From assembly GCA_944384465.1 (NCBI GenBank), contig CALWTK010000030.1, forward strand, positions 1,942 through 65,941: a stretch of DNA of 64,000 nucleotides, given 5' to 3'. Position 1 is the first letter of the stretch. The number at the start of each line of letters is the position of its first letter. The position numbers and the translations under genes are program-made. Positions 17,315 to 30,400 of this stretch are shown here, piece by piece. Under the pieces are notes generated by a model. That model was not told the origin of the DNA and searched no databases. It saw only the letters and a program-made list of their open reading frames with translations. Source of the stretch: an uncultured Clostridia bacterium (GTDB lineage Bacteria; Bacillota; Clostridia; Christensenellales; UBA1242).

Positions 17315-18349
17315 ATGAAAAAAATAAAGGACACTATCACTGAAGACACTGTCACGAAGGAAGAGACCACAATGAAGAAGCCTAATTTGATCAAACGCGC
17401 ATTCAGCAGATTGAAAACTGCATTGAAAAATGCAAAAATTTCAAAGAAGATTGCCACTCTTAGTTTGACGACCGCGCTGGTTGTCAGCGGGATCACATTC
17501 GCAGGCTGCTCTAACGACAGCCATAACCCAGGTCCAGGTCCTGGCCCTAACCCAGGCCCGATCGAATCTGGCTATAGTCAAATCATGGACACTGTCTTGA
17601 ATGACGAATATTATACAAGTTTGGTAGACAACTTTACCTATGAAGACAATAGCAGTGCTTACTATGACCCACATCCTTATGGCTTCCTAGAAGATGAAGG
17701 CTACAATATAGATGATATCAAGAATGGCACCCTAAAATGCTACTCCACCTCGTATATGAAAGATGACGGATACTATATCCGCACTATGGTGGAGAACAAA
17801 GCGTCTACCGACTACTACGGCTGCTACATAATTAAATATGACTTGACCGACCAGGAAAAAGATGAATTGGATATGCTGTTTGAAGACGAATATATCCAGA
17901 CTCCACTCTACATCCAAGAGATCTCCAACCAAAAGTCAGCATCCGTCCAGTCCGAAGCATATATCGCTAAAACTGCTTACGAATCAATCCTAAATAGAGT
18001 AAAAGAAGTTAGTGGATATAGTGAAGAAGTTTTAGGCACAAATAATGTTGATATATTATATCTTGGAAATTATGTCGATGGGGCAGAAGGTAGTTGTGAT
18101 ATTCAAATATATGTCAGAAATAGCAATCTAACTATGGGGAGACTAAAAGGCAGAATGGGCACTTGTAATATATCTACAATTGGTAGTATGGGATTTCAAA
18201 ATATAAATGGACGCCAAGTTTTGATAAATCCTACTAACGCTTGGACTTCACCTAGTGATAGTTATGAATCATATGTAAATAGCATAGAAGAAGTTGATTG
18301 TTATAATTGTCAAAACGTTAGCTTGTCTATGGAGTATGAAGTTAAATAA
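17315..18349 (+). CDS. Putative lipoprotein with Pro-Gly linker, function unknown
   Basis: SD AGGAG. Signal region with lipobox ...LVVSGITFAGC|SND, followed by NPGPGPGPNPGP. An alternative start is M20 (17372). Confidence 0.75.
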   Translation: MKKIKDTITEDTVTKEETTMKKPNLIKRAFSRLKTALKNAKISKKIATLSLTTALVVSGITFAGCSNDSHNPGPGPGPNPGPIESGYSQIMDTVLNDEYYTSLVDNFTYEDNSSAYYDPHPYGFLEDEGYNIDDIKNGTLKCYSTSYMKDDGYYIRTMVENKASTDYYGCYIIKYDLTDQEKDELDMLFEDEYIQTPLYIQEISNQKSASVQSEAYIAKTAYESILNRVKEVSGYSEEVLGTNNVDILYLGNYVDGAEGSCDIQIYVRNSNLTMGRLKGRMGTCNISTIGSMGFQNINGRQVLINPTNAWTSPSDSYESYVNSIEEVDCYNCQNVSLSMEYEVK

Positions 18350-18351
18350 TG

Positions 18352-18387
18352 AAAAAATCTCATGGCGAAAATGCTATGAGATTTTTT
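18352..18387. terminator. Bidirectional intrinsic terminator between convergent genes
   Basis: AAAAAATCTCAT (18352-18363) pairs perfectly with ATGAGATTTTTT (18376-18387). A/T runs on both sides allow it to work on both strands. Confidence 0.7.
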
Positions 18388-18430
18388 CATACAATATTTA
18401 GTTGTAATAGGATAAAATCTATTGCGCTAG

Positions 18431-21400
18431 TCACTCTGTGATGATAGTGATACTACCTGATGTAATATTCCCAACACCCGTATGTTGAAGACTTAGATTT
18501 CCTCCCAGCGTCACTTTGACAGACTCTGTCAGATAAGTCGTTTTACCATTAGGTGAGCCAGAATAGATAGTGCTTTTAGGGATTAGTGTATAGTTACTTT
18601 CCTTCACTGTTACACCATTTTCACCCTCATTAACCCTATAAATTGGCCACAAGGTAAATGACAAATCGCTTGGATTCCCTGTTTCGTTTACATACATATA
18701 TCTAGTATATATGCCATAAGTACGGTTAGATAAATATTTGTTGTAATTATAGTCTACTGTATAATCTCCTTCTGAATTGGCATTCGTTCTCACTTGCTGT
18801 AGATATCCATACATTTCGTTGACTATATAACCTGATTGAAGAACATATATAGTGTCATTGTAGACTCGATAATTATAGCCAACTCGAAACATGGCTCGCT
18901 CTCCCGCATCAAAAGCAGAGACATTAGTGATATAATTATTCGAATTTGCCTCTATCTTATCTATTATATCTTCTATCTTATTTTCATCATCTGCTATTAA
19001 ATTAATTGTCACAATCTTATTTCCTGAAGCATCGTATATTGGCATTTCCCAACTATCATAATCTATTTCTCCTAAAGGAGCGAAGACATAACTAATACCA
19101 TCGTCCTTATAGACCTCATAACCTCCATCGAAATAATAATATGTCACTTCTTGAGAAATTTCAGCATCTCCAAAAAAATCTAGCTTTAAATCGCTATTGC
19201 CATATATTTCTTCTCCTGCATATAAGTCTCCTACTGTATCAGTTGTATAAGGATTAACAAAGCTAGAAGGATAAGCTGTGATTGTAATACTCTCTGGAGT
19301 GGAGGTCAACCCATTTTCGATCAGATCGATATATTCATAGTCTCCGCTGGAGGTAGACTTGCTGAACTGATACCACACGGTAGTCGTCTGAGGGTTGCCT
19401 TCGGCATCGGTGTAGTGATATGGTATTTGAATATAGTTGACGCCATCACTGGTCAATCCAGAAGGATTTTCCACTCTTGAATATTCCGCATATTTCTTAT
19501 TGCTATCTACCTGAGCGCCATTGATTGTATAGTATGCTCCTTTTATATAATCATAACCTAATTTATATCCTCGATTAATTACATTTTCTTCTGTAGAATT
19601 TATATATTTAAATATTTCCTTACTTCGATATTCTGGATCTATATCATTAGAAAGAGACTTTCCGTTGATCGTATATTTGCCACTTTCATACTTCAAATTG
19701 TTATTAGGATCGGTTGCGTCCGGAGATTCTTTAGTTTCGCCTAAAGAATATTCACCGTTCCCTAAATAACTACCATAGGTATAATAATATCCGCCATCCA
19801 TTGTGTACCATGTAGTAGCAGTATCTCCAGATACAACGCCATAAGTGTAATTTTCAGCTGAGAAGAATACTTGAGTGCGCACATAGTCTACTGTCATAGC
19901 CAACACATGCTTGTAGTATACACCATTTCTATAATAATATGTGGAATAACCATCTGTATACTCAGTACCAGTCGAATTGTTTGTGATCGTATATATATAT
20001 TCATAATCCTCGTTAGCAGTGATTGTATAATCCTCACTATTTATAGGCACATAGTGCGAATTTCCATTGTTATCTAAATAGAAATAGTAGTTAGAGTAAT
20101 AGTCGGATGGGCGGACAGAAGAGTATGCAAAATATGTATGAGCATAATCTTCCCCTGTGCCACCACCTTGATAATCATCTTCTAATATAATATAAGCGTC
20201 CAATTGACCTGTCAATTGACCCTTTTCATATAAGACTTGACGAGTGTATTTGGAGGATATGAAACCGAAATTTTGATCAACAACAGAGAAGAATAAGTTA
20301 TCCGCCTTGGCGTTACCAGTATTAATTCCGTTGATCACAAAGATTGCCGCAAATCCCATTAGGGCAAGTCCTTTCGTAACCAACTTCAAAACCTTGATCG
20401 CCATTTTAACCGTCTTCATGAACATACCGACGCCACCCAGCACATAACTAGCAATTTCCGCTGCTGCTGCTCCGGTAAAGATAAGCCACTCCCACCAAGC
20501 AGGAGATTCTTCAGTAATTCTAACTTTATTCAATCTTGCATCGTTGTAACCATATACTTCAAAGATTGAGCCAGAACTTGGCACTTCACTTATATTTGTC
20601 CAATCTGAAGAACCACTAAATCCTGGAATATATCTCATGCTATTGTTGGCGAACAATGTGTTGAATATAAAGTATGCTGTATAACCGCCTGATAAATAAT
20701 TCCTGACACCATACACCACCATACCACCAAATGTTGAATCTGGATTCCCTGGAGTGCCTTTCTTAATTATAACTTCATATGAAGCTTTATTTCCTTCTAT
20801 TGTATTGTATTCTTTCCATACGTTTTCATCTCCGGAACGCTCCGCATATTCAAAATATGTCAATCCTTGTAATTTATTACCATATCTTGTGTCATCATTT
20901 GCATTGATCCAATAGATATCTCCGAAGTCCCCATTTGGGAATATATAATCTTCTTCATCTTTTGGTGTCAAATACTGCTCTGCGTTATCAGAGGAGTACT
21001 TTTCACCTTGAATGTTAGTATACAAACTACCCATACCCATAGCTGAATAGATCTTTGGACTGTCTGCTTCTTCCTCATACACAGTAAAGCATATATAATC
21101 AGGATCAAACCGTTCATCCACTATAGTACCTTTTTCGTTTTCATGTGGTAAGGATGTAGTAGTCAAGCGTAAATTAGCAATAGTGCCCACATGTGTGATA
21201 TTGCTTGCATCATATATCTCTGCTATTGAATCCCATGATGCACCGTTGTTTTCCTCCATAGGAATATTCCTTTGAATACGTTTGAACGCTGTATAATCTT
21301 TGTGCCATCCTTGTGCTGCGCTATTCAATGGATTGGTTGCTTTCACATCATACCAAGATTCTTCCGATGTGCCTGAAATGCTGAAATTATCTAGATTTAT

Positions 21401-24400
21401 ATAATACGCTTGCGCAATTAAATATATTGCGTTATCTGTTTCATCAACTGTAAAAATTGACTGCCCGTCATAATAGTTGCTATTTTCTATGGTATTTACC
21501 GTGAATGCATATTTATGTTCGCCTTTGACAGTTACTTCTGCACCTGAATTACCACTCCTACCTTCTACTTTCAGCATGCCGACCAAGCCACCAAACTCAT
21601 TGACAGCATCTCCGTCAACCGTTATGTTGTAAGAAGAAGACTGCCCAATCTCAGATTTCAGATTGCCTTCCAGTCTACCGATCAGTCCGCCAATATAGTA
21701 TGAGGAATCTGTCTTGAGGGTGATATTCACCTCGCTAGAGCCCGCTCTCAGCGTGTCCGCATCACCTTTTAATTTACCTATCAAGCCACCAACATATATA
21801 CCGACACCTTTTGCCTGAACGGTGATGTTGCCTGAGCCTGCTATCTCGTTTGTGTTGAAGTTTTCTAGAGTGTTCTGCTCCCCGCCGTCGAACACGCCGA
21901 CCACGCCACCGATGTTGTACGCACCGCTGACATTGGTGTCTCCCATCAAGGTTGGCGTCACAATATATCTTGACGTACCGGTTGAACCGCTAGCAGGACC
22001 ACCCTCTAGGTAATAGTAGCCATAGAATGTGCCGACATTGATGCCGAGCTCTGCTTGGATGTCTGCTTTCAAACTATTTGACTCGATATATATTTCACTA
22101 CTGTTGTCAGTATTAGCCGCCAAAGCCACACTGGAAGAAAGTGTACCGATGAACCCACCAAAGCCACTAGTCATATCATCGAATTGGGTCACGACATTTG
22201 ATGTGTCCTCCTCTGAGGTAATGTATTTATAAATATTCGTACTGTTGAAATAGTTAGTGTTATTGGTGTTCACGCTACCCGAAGTAAGACTAATATTGAC
22301 CATATTGTTTTCAATGGTGTTGATAACGCTTGAGCCACTGTAGTCTGATGCCCCTGGAGCAATGATGCCTTCACTAGAACTAGTGATGAATGCATCGTAC
22401 ACGAGGTTGTTTTGAACCCTACCATAAGCGGCAAAACCTATCAAACCGCCCACACTGTTAGGCATAAAATATGTGTTATAAGTTTCTTGAGGGCCTGAAC
22501 TGATCGTATCTTGACGTTTGATGAAATAGATACCTTTGATAATGACATTGTTGTCTTCAGTTCCATTAGCATCAGCGGTTGGCATGACTGCGCAGTTTTT
22601 GACCATCGTAAGGGCATCATTCAACACACCTATCAGTCCGCCCACGTTGGCATTGCCATATACATCAGCATATGACCAAATGGAGTCTACCGTACCAGTC
22701 ACATAACCAAACGCTCCACCTACATTCAATACGCCCGAAATTTGCCCTTCTACAGCAGCGCCTTCACGCAATTTGTAATAAGCACCTGCCTGTGTACTTT
22801 CTGTAGCCACAAATGGAGTGTAAAGAGACTTATCTTTGTCATGAGTGAAATACACTTGACCAGGCGTCAATTGTTCTGTAGCAGCCACCTCTTCATAAAT
22901 GTTATTGACTATGCTGATATTCTCAGCATAACCTATCAAGCCACCGACATTTTGATAGCCTTCTATGTTAGCTGAATTGAAGATGTTGCTCACGTCTACA
23001 GGGGTGCCCGAGTTGTCCGAATTTGTCAACATGCCTACAACTCCACCAACGTTCATTGTCAAAATTGTCGACATCTCACTATTATCCTCTATCGCGAACA
23101 TTTCATTGTCAGTATCTAGCCCCATATATAAATCAGCTGTCGTACTTGTGTTTATATCTAGACGATCATTCACAAATGCGATAATACCTTCATTCGTCAA
23201 GTCGCTCACTTCTGTTATATTGTCAATTTTGCCTGCTACTCCGCCAACATTTCTTACGACTTGAGTCGTTGTATTATTCTCTTTGAAGGTTATATATACA
23301 TTATTGTAGTTCGTTATAGTAAGTTTTTCTTGTTGTTCTTGACCATTCTCATCATTTCCTGCACTGTACAACTCCAACTCACTGGCAGCATAGTGACCAA
23401 ATAGGCCGCCCCAATTCTCTAGATCTCTACCTATATTTTGTTCAACAGCTTTGTAAACTGTAGCATAAGCGTTGTTGTGTCCATCGCCGTCGGTCAAGAA
23501 ATTCCAGTAGCTGTCGTCCTCTGCTGTTTCATCAGGGGCGAAATCAAATATGTTCTCAATATTGCTCGACACATACCCTATAGCTCCGCCGACATTATCA
23601 GCGCCAGAAAGCTGTACAGAATAGTTCATGTTGGAAATATCTATTTTAACGTAACCAGAATCGTATCTACCAATCAAACCGCCGACATTGTTACCATCAC
23701 TTACTATCATATTTGGCTCAAAGCTGAAAGATGTATCAAAGGTCAATTCGAAATTGGCATTTTGTCGACCAATCAACAGACCAAACCCTTCGTTTATATT
23801 ACCTTCAGATGACTGACCATCATTGGTAACCACGCTAACAAGAATTGATTTAGAATCAGAGGTGGTGTCAGTATCTATTTGCTTATAAGCAAAACCATCG
23901 ACTGTCAATGTGGCATCACTAGAACCGTTTGTATCTCCTAACTTAGCTGCCAATAATCCAAAATAATTGTTGGATTGATTCATTTTGCTCACTACTTGCA
24001 TACTGTTGCCTGAATCGATCACACAATCAGTAAACGTTATATCATGACGGACCTCTGCTATCAGCCCACCAAAGCTATTTGTATGAAGCATATCAGGCAC
24101 GATGACATCAATATTCGAAATTGATTTGTCACCGCTACTCGACGCTAGTCCGACTATTCCGCCTAGATTAGCATTCACTTCTGTTGTACCCTCTGGTTGT
24201 AGACTAAATAAGTATACAGTCGAATTTAGATTGTTACTGCCTTCAACACCTATTATAGTCCCACCAGTCATTTCACCAATTAGACCACCGCCATAGTGTA
24301 CATGCGTGAATCTTACATACAAATTATTTGTCGTTTGGTTGCTTGGCTCGGTAAATATTATTGTTCCACCATCCATTTTACCTGCAAGTAAACCTGCTCT

Positions 24401-27400
24401 TGTAGTTGTAGAATCCCCTACAAGGTTTAATTCTGCAATTTTTTCATCTGTTGTATCGGTGTATGAAGTGTTTAGATTATAGATCTTGATTGTACCGGCG
24501 TATTCGGTTATCGTTCCGAACAGTCCACCTAAATATGGTTCACTCGTGTTCTCTTGATCCGCACTAAGCTCACCATTTATCGTCACATTCGCTATGGTGA
24601 TGATTTGAGTTGTTTGTTCGATGTCTTCGTTATTTGTCCCAACATTTACGCCTAGTACACCACTATTCTCTAGCATGGACATATTCCCAAATTTAATATA
24701 AGTAAAATACGCACTGTTGATATTGGTGAACAATCCATTCGTATGAAGCCCACTGATCGTACATGCATTGTCAATGTTTAAAGTGTTAATGGTAGGATTG
24801 TTGTAATACTTATGCGTTATAAACAGTCCATTAAATTGATGTGCAGCGTCAGAATAGAAACCATCACTCGTATTTCCTGCCACACCTACTGCCGTCCATG
24901 TCAAATTGCTGGACAAATCGTTGCCTATATCATAAATTACCATGTAATTTAAATATGTATTTCTTACTTCAGCAACGCCACCTTCAGTTGTGGTGATCAC
25001 AGTAGAGATACCTTGTACCGCACTCAACACTCCTAGATGTGGGATTTTGAAGAAATCATTGCTGCTGACGTCGTCCAAGATGTTTTGATATCCTGTATCC
25101 GACTTATTAATGAATGCGTTATTTATATCATTGAAGCCTCTACCTGTGTAAAGTTGATGAGTGTTATCAATATTCGTTGATAAATCACTTCCACTAATTT
25201 TATTGATCCTATAGAAAGGATACAGATAGTTGTAACCATAAGAATTAGCAGCTAGATTAAAGTAATATTGTTCATTCCCACTGCTCGTTGTAGTCTCTAC
25301 AGTCGACACATGCCAGTTTCCTTCAAGGTCACTTGCTGACATCAAGTCTGCTGTGCTGACACAGCTGACAACTGTTATTATTTCCCCATCATTATTGTAT
25401 GTCACATTACTTGACTCATTGTTAGCTAAACTATCTATAAAGTTGTTGCTTCCTGAATCTGAAGGAGTGAAAGTCCCGTTAGCAAAACTATTCCCACCTA
25501 CACTTTCAATCACGCCAGCCATATAACAATTGTAAACGTAGCTATTGCCAGTAATTATCTGACCAATAATACCTGCGGCGCTTGTGGTCGTAGTTGAACC
25601 TGAAGCATCAGTTGATGTATTGTTGATATATCCAGTGAAGTAACAAGACAAAATTTTACCCTGGTTGATATATGTAATACCACCTAATGCTGCCTCAGTG
25701 CTTACAATTTCAATATTTGAATATGAATAGGAAATCAGCCCATTGTTCCTTCCTACTAAAACACCCATAAACTGACCAGATAAATTTACACCTTGTCCCT
25801 CTACTGAACTATTGAATATCACACCCTCGTTTTGTCCGGTCATAAAACCATTGCTTCCTTGTAAAGAGCTAAATATATGGTCAGCATCTACGCGAACATG
25901 CAAGTTAGATATAGCAGAATGATCTGCCACCTCACTTATCAGCCCATAAGCGTATCCACCGTCAGTAGCTGAACTATGTATTCCTCCCACTGTATAAGTG
26001 GTATCTCCTGCTATCAATATACCATTCAACACTCCGCTAAACTCAATCGCATTATTATTGTTATCTATATTGCTAGAAAGGATGAAATAGGTATATGAAT
26101 CCTCATACGTCCCAAAATCGAACACTCCGCTATTCATGGTCGCAGCATCTATCAATATTGGATTCATTGAACCACCATAGTAATATGCATAACTGCCAGA
26201 TGAATTACTTATCACACCATAATGTATCAACTGCAATTCTAGACTGGCAATGAATGGTAAATTGTTTCCAGTCTCATTCAATTCTGCCCAATAGTTATTA
26301 GCCGAATTGAAATAATTGTCTCTAGACTCTCTCCATAAACTCGTAAATACTAGAGTATACGCAGGCAAATTGGTACCCAAGCCGCTATCTTCTGGGAAGA
26401 GTGCAAAATCTGATGAATAGTACAAATCTGTAACTGTGTTAGTTTCTAATGCCAAGGCACCAAATAGTGCGTTGACATTAAATGTATTGTTCCCTATACC
26501 TTGAATGACATCATTTGCCACGCCATCTGCCACAATACTGGTCAAAGAGTATGCTGCCCGCACATCTACCGAATTAGCCTGACCAATCATACCACCAATA
26601 TTGATCTTGGTCGTATCCGAATATTTGTCAGTAATTGGTACAATTCTTCCTGTAGTCGCTGAGTTGGTGATGTCAACGTTATACCCTTGACCAACCAAAC
26701 CACCCGCATATAATACACTTGTCCCAACTGTTTTTGCAGTTGTGCTACCTATAAAGATATTTGTGGTGACCATCACTTCATCAATACTCAATTCACTGTA
26801 ACTATTTGTCGAATTTGACGCGAACGCCACTGCACCACCGCTATACACATTTATCAGTCCATTGTCATATTCATTCTCTGTGCTGACATTGCCAGTCGTA
26901 GTGGTGTATGAAATTGTGTTGATGTCTCCTACAAAGACGCATTGTTTAATTTCTACTGTGGCTAAGTTAGACACTACATAACCTACACCTGTAGATACAT
27001 ACAAATTGTTGATAACTGTTTGAGTTCCTTCACTATTCCCTATAGTGATATACGACTCTGTATTAGAAGAATTAATATTTATAGAAGACTCGCTAGAAAG
27101 AACATATTGACCAATCAAGCCGCCTATTATATTCATCCTTGTGGTTGTATTAGTGCCGTCTCCTTCTGTTCTTTCTGTCCCATAGACATTGATATTTGTC
27201 AAAACGTCACATGAAGACACCTGTGTCTCACTGCCACGACCTAGCAATCCGCCCACATAGTTGTTTGTCATGCAATCGTTTAAATTTACACTTATATTGA
27301 TGCGTCGGTTGCTTGTATATGAATAGTGCCCTACTCGAATCGAAGATATTGTCGTCTCCTCAGCGTAGCCTACTGCTCCACCAATATATACCTCACCTGT

Positions 27401-30400
27401 TGAGTTGGATGATATAGTCAATTCAAAGTTTACATTAGTCTTATTCCTACCTACGCTAGAATTCATTATCGACATATTTTCATCTTCGCTCTCGCTAGTT
27501 ACGTACATGGTAGCTCTGCCGACCAATCCACCAAAGTAGATCGCATCTGTTGACTGCAAATATGAAGTGACGCTACCTACAAACGTACAGTTCATAATAT
27601 TGCTACCCTGTGCGTTGGCAACAATTCCGCCAAAGCCTGAGATACTGCTCGAACTAGATGTCCCTACCAAACTATCTGCTTCCACATTGACTGTCAAGTT
27701 GCTGAATAGAGACTGCGTATCATCTGCTGATACTGCACCTATCATACCTATATTAGAATTCAACTGTATAGAATAAGTGTTTCCATCCCTACTATATTTA
27801 TTTGACCAATTAAATGCAATATTCCTTATGGTAGCATCGTTAGTAGATCTAAACAATCCAGCATCTCCAGCATCGACAGTATTGACTGACAAGCCTGACA
27901 ACACTGGGATCTCGTTGTTCTCTTTTTCACCAATCAATATACCTGTGAAATCAATGTTAAATACGAAGTTGCTGCTATTGTTCGCACACCAGCTAGACAA
28001 ATCTATATCTTCAACGATCTTGTAATTCCCGTCTGGATTGTTGATCAAAACATAGAAATCTTCCACATCATCAATTATATAATAGTTTTCGGTATTATCA
28101 TTCAACAACAATGGGAAATATTTATCTGAATTTAATGACCAATATTCTGTACTCCATCCAGAGAAGACATTGTTAAATGTAGCAGTATGTTCAATATCTT
28201 CCAAATCGTACAATTGTGATAGATTTACTTCACTGGCACGTGAATCATTAGCGTGTTGAACAATGCTCTCGCCATCTAACATAGCATAATTGTTGACAAT
28301 TCCAGCAAACACATATGAAAATGCTGCATTGTTATTGCTAGTAATATAGCCTGTATTGTTGTCTTCCAACTGCCCATAATTTGGAGAAATATAGTCGTAA
28401 TTGATGTTGACAAACTCACCATTATCTGTCTCGTGTTGAGTGTGTAGCATTGAATTGTCTAACAACAAGGTAGAGAATGTGAATTGAATATCATTGTCTT
28501 CATTCGTAATTCCTAAAATTTGGTTGACGTACGCTACATATTCGCTGACTTCTTCATTCCTTGATATGGTTGAATTTCTGACACCATACGCTGAGCCAAA
28601 TAGTCCGCCCGCATATTCCAAGTAAGCGCTGTCAATGTTTACATATGGTACAGCATAAGAATAGGATACATTTGAAATAATGCTACATCCTATCAAGCCA
28701 CCCACTGTAGATCCGACCATGAAACCAGCTTTGCTATAGCATGAATCAATATTCATCTGAATGCCAATACCTACCAAGCCACCACCATATTTGTATGACT
28801 CCAATAGGTTCAAGTTGCCCGAATTTTGCGTGTCTACGCTAGCGGTAGCAGATGAAGTAGAATCTTCCAAATCCAAGATATATCCACCCAAAGCGGTGTC
28901 ATACTCGTATTGCTCATCTTCTTCAGCTGTGACTTGCGATGCAGTCAAATCTCCTAACCCCACTGCATATATACCACCAACAGCGAACTGACCAGTGATC
29001 AAATTCGTCGTGCCGACATTGTACTTCAATTTCAAAGCATTTGTATCTCTGCCTGCATAGCCCGCTATACCACCAGCATAGTCTGCTAGGATATTGCCCT
29101 CATCAGTCTTGGTGTACATTTCATTGCCATTTATTGTGATGTAAGACAAATTGAAGTTTACATTTGTCCTTTCTTGAATATCAATTACGCCCGCTATACC
29201 GCCAGCATAAGAAAGTTGCTCTAAGTAGTCGTCGTATGCGCCGTTGAAACTCAAAGCACCAATAGCTTTCATGGTGTTGAAATCAGCTTCATTATAATAC
29301 ATGTAGTAGTTGTTGATATCAGTGTTGACCGCTTTGACACTAAGATTTGAGTCAATTCCATAGATTAAGCTATTGCCCGAAATTATACCAGCCAAACCGC
29401 CTGCGAAATTGTTTCCTGTAACGGTCGTGCTGCCGCCATCAAGGTCAACATTGATTATTACACTATTGTTGATTTTACCAGCCAAACCACCGGAATACGC
29501 TACCCTTACCGAACTAAAGCCCGGAGTGGAAGCAAATTCTAGGTTGAGATTTTTGACATATGCATTTTCAATTTCTGAGAACAAACCGATTGAAGATTCG
29601 GTAGCATTAGCGACATCAAGGAATATTCCACTAATTGTCATACCGTTACCTTCAATACTCGTTACAGAAATGTTGTTCGCATCTCCCAAAGTATAGTTGA
29701 CACGAGTCTGAATAGCCGTCTCGTCACTAGCAAAGTCAATATTGTTTATAAATCTGACATAGCCCGTCATAGAATTTTGTGTCCCACCTGACAAGAATAT
29801 GTCGTTATATTCCTCTACGCTCCTTATAATATACGGATTGTTCGCACTGCCCAAAGCATAAGAGACAGCATTGGAGTATACATACTCTTCATCTTCTTGA
29901 CCAACTAAATATCTATATGAATATGCGATGTCGTTCGCAGTATTTAGTTCTGGCAGGAGTCTATAACTATTGTCAGCGTTGTAGTATGACCAAACTCCTT
30001 GCTCACGCTCTGTCCTAGAATTGCTGTTGATGAATACAAATCCGGTCAGAGCATCTGGATCGGCAAAGTTGTCGGTGTTGAAGCCAACAGCTTGGTCCTT
30101 TCCTTCTTCTGATCTTACAATGAAATCATCATCTTCATTTACAAGATAATAAGTATTTTCAAGCGTTCCGTATGACAACAACTCGTTGTTGTTGCTGACG
30201 CCCACAAATGGTTGTTCGGACGCATCATTTTCTGTGGCAACTCCATTAAGAGTACATGCGGCATAACTTTCACTGATGCTACCAGATGCGGCATTGTTGT
30301 ACACAAAACCTGCCACATATGCTGAATCGGACACCAGAACGGTATTTGCATATGAATTGTTTATCTCTCCTGAATTTAGATATACAAAGCCAGCCACATT

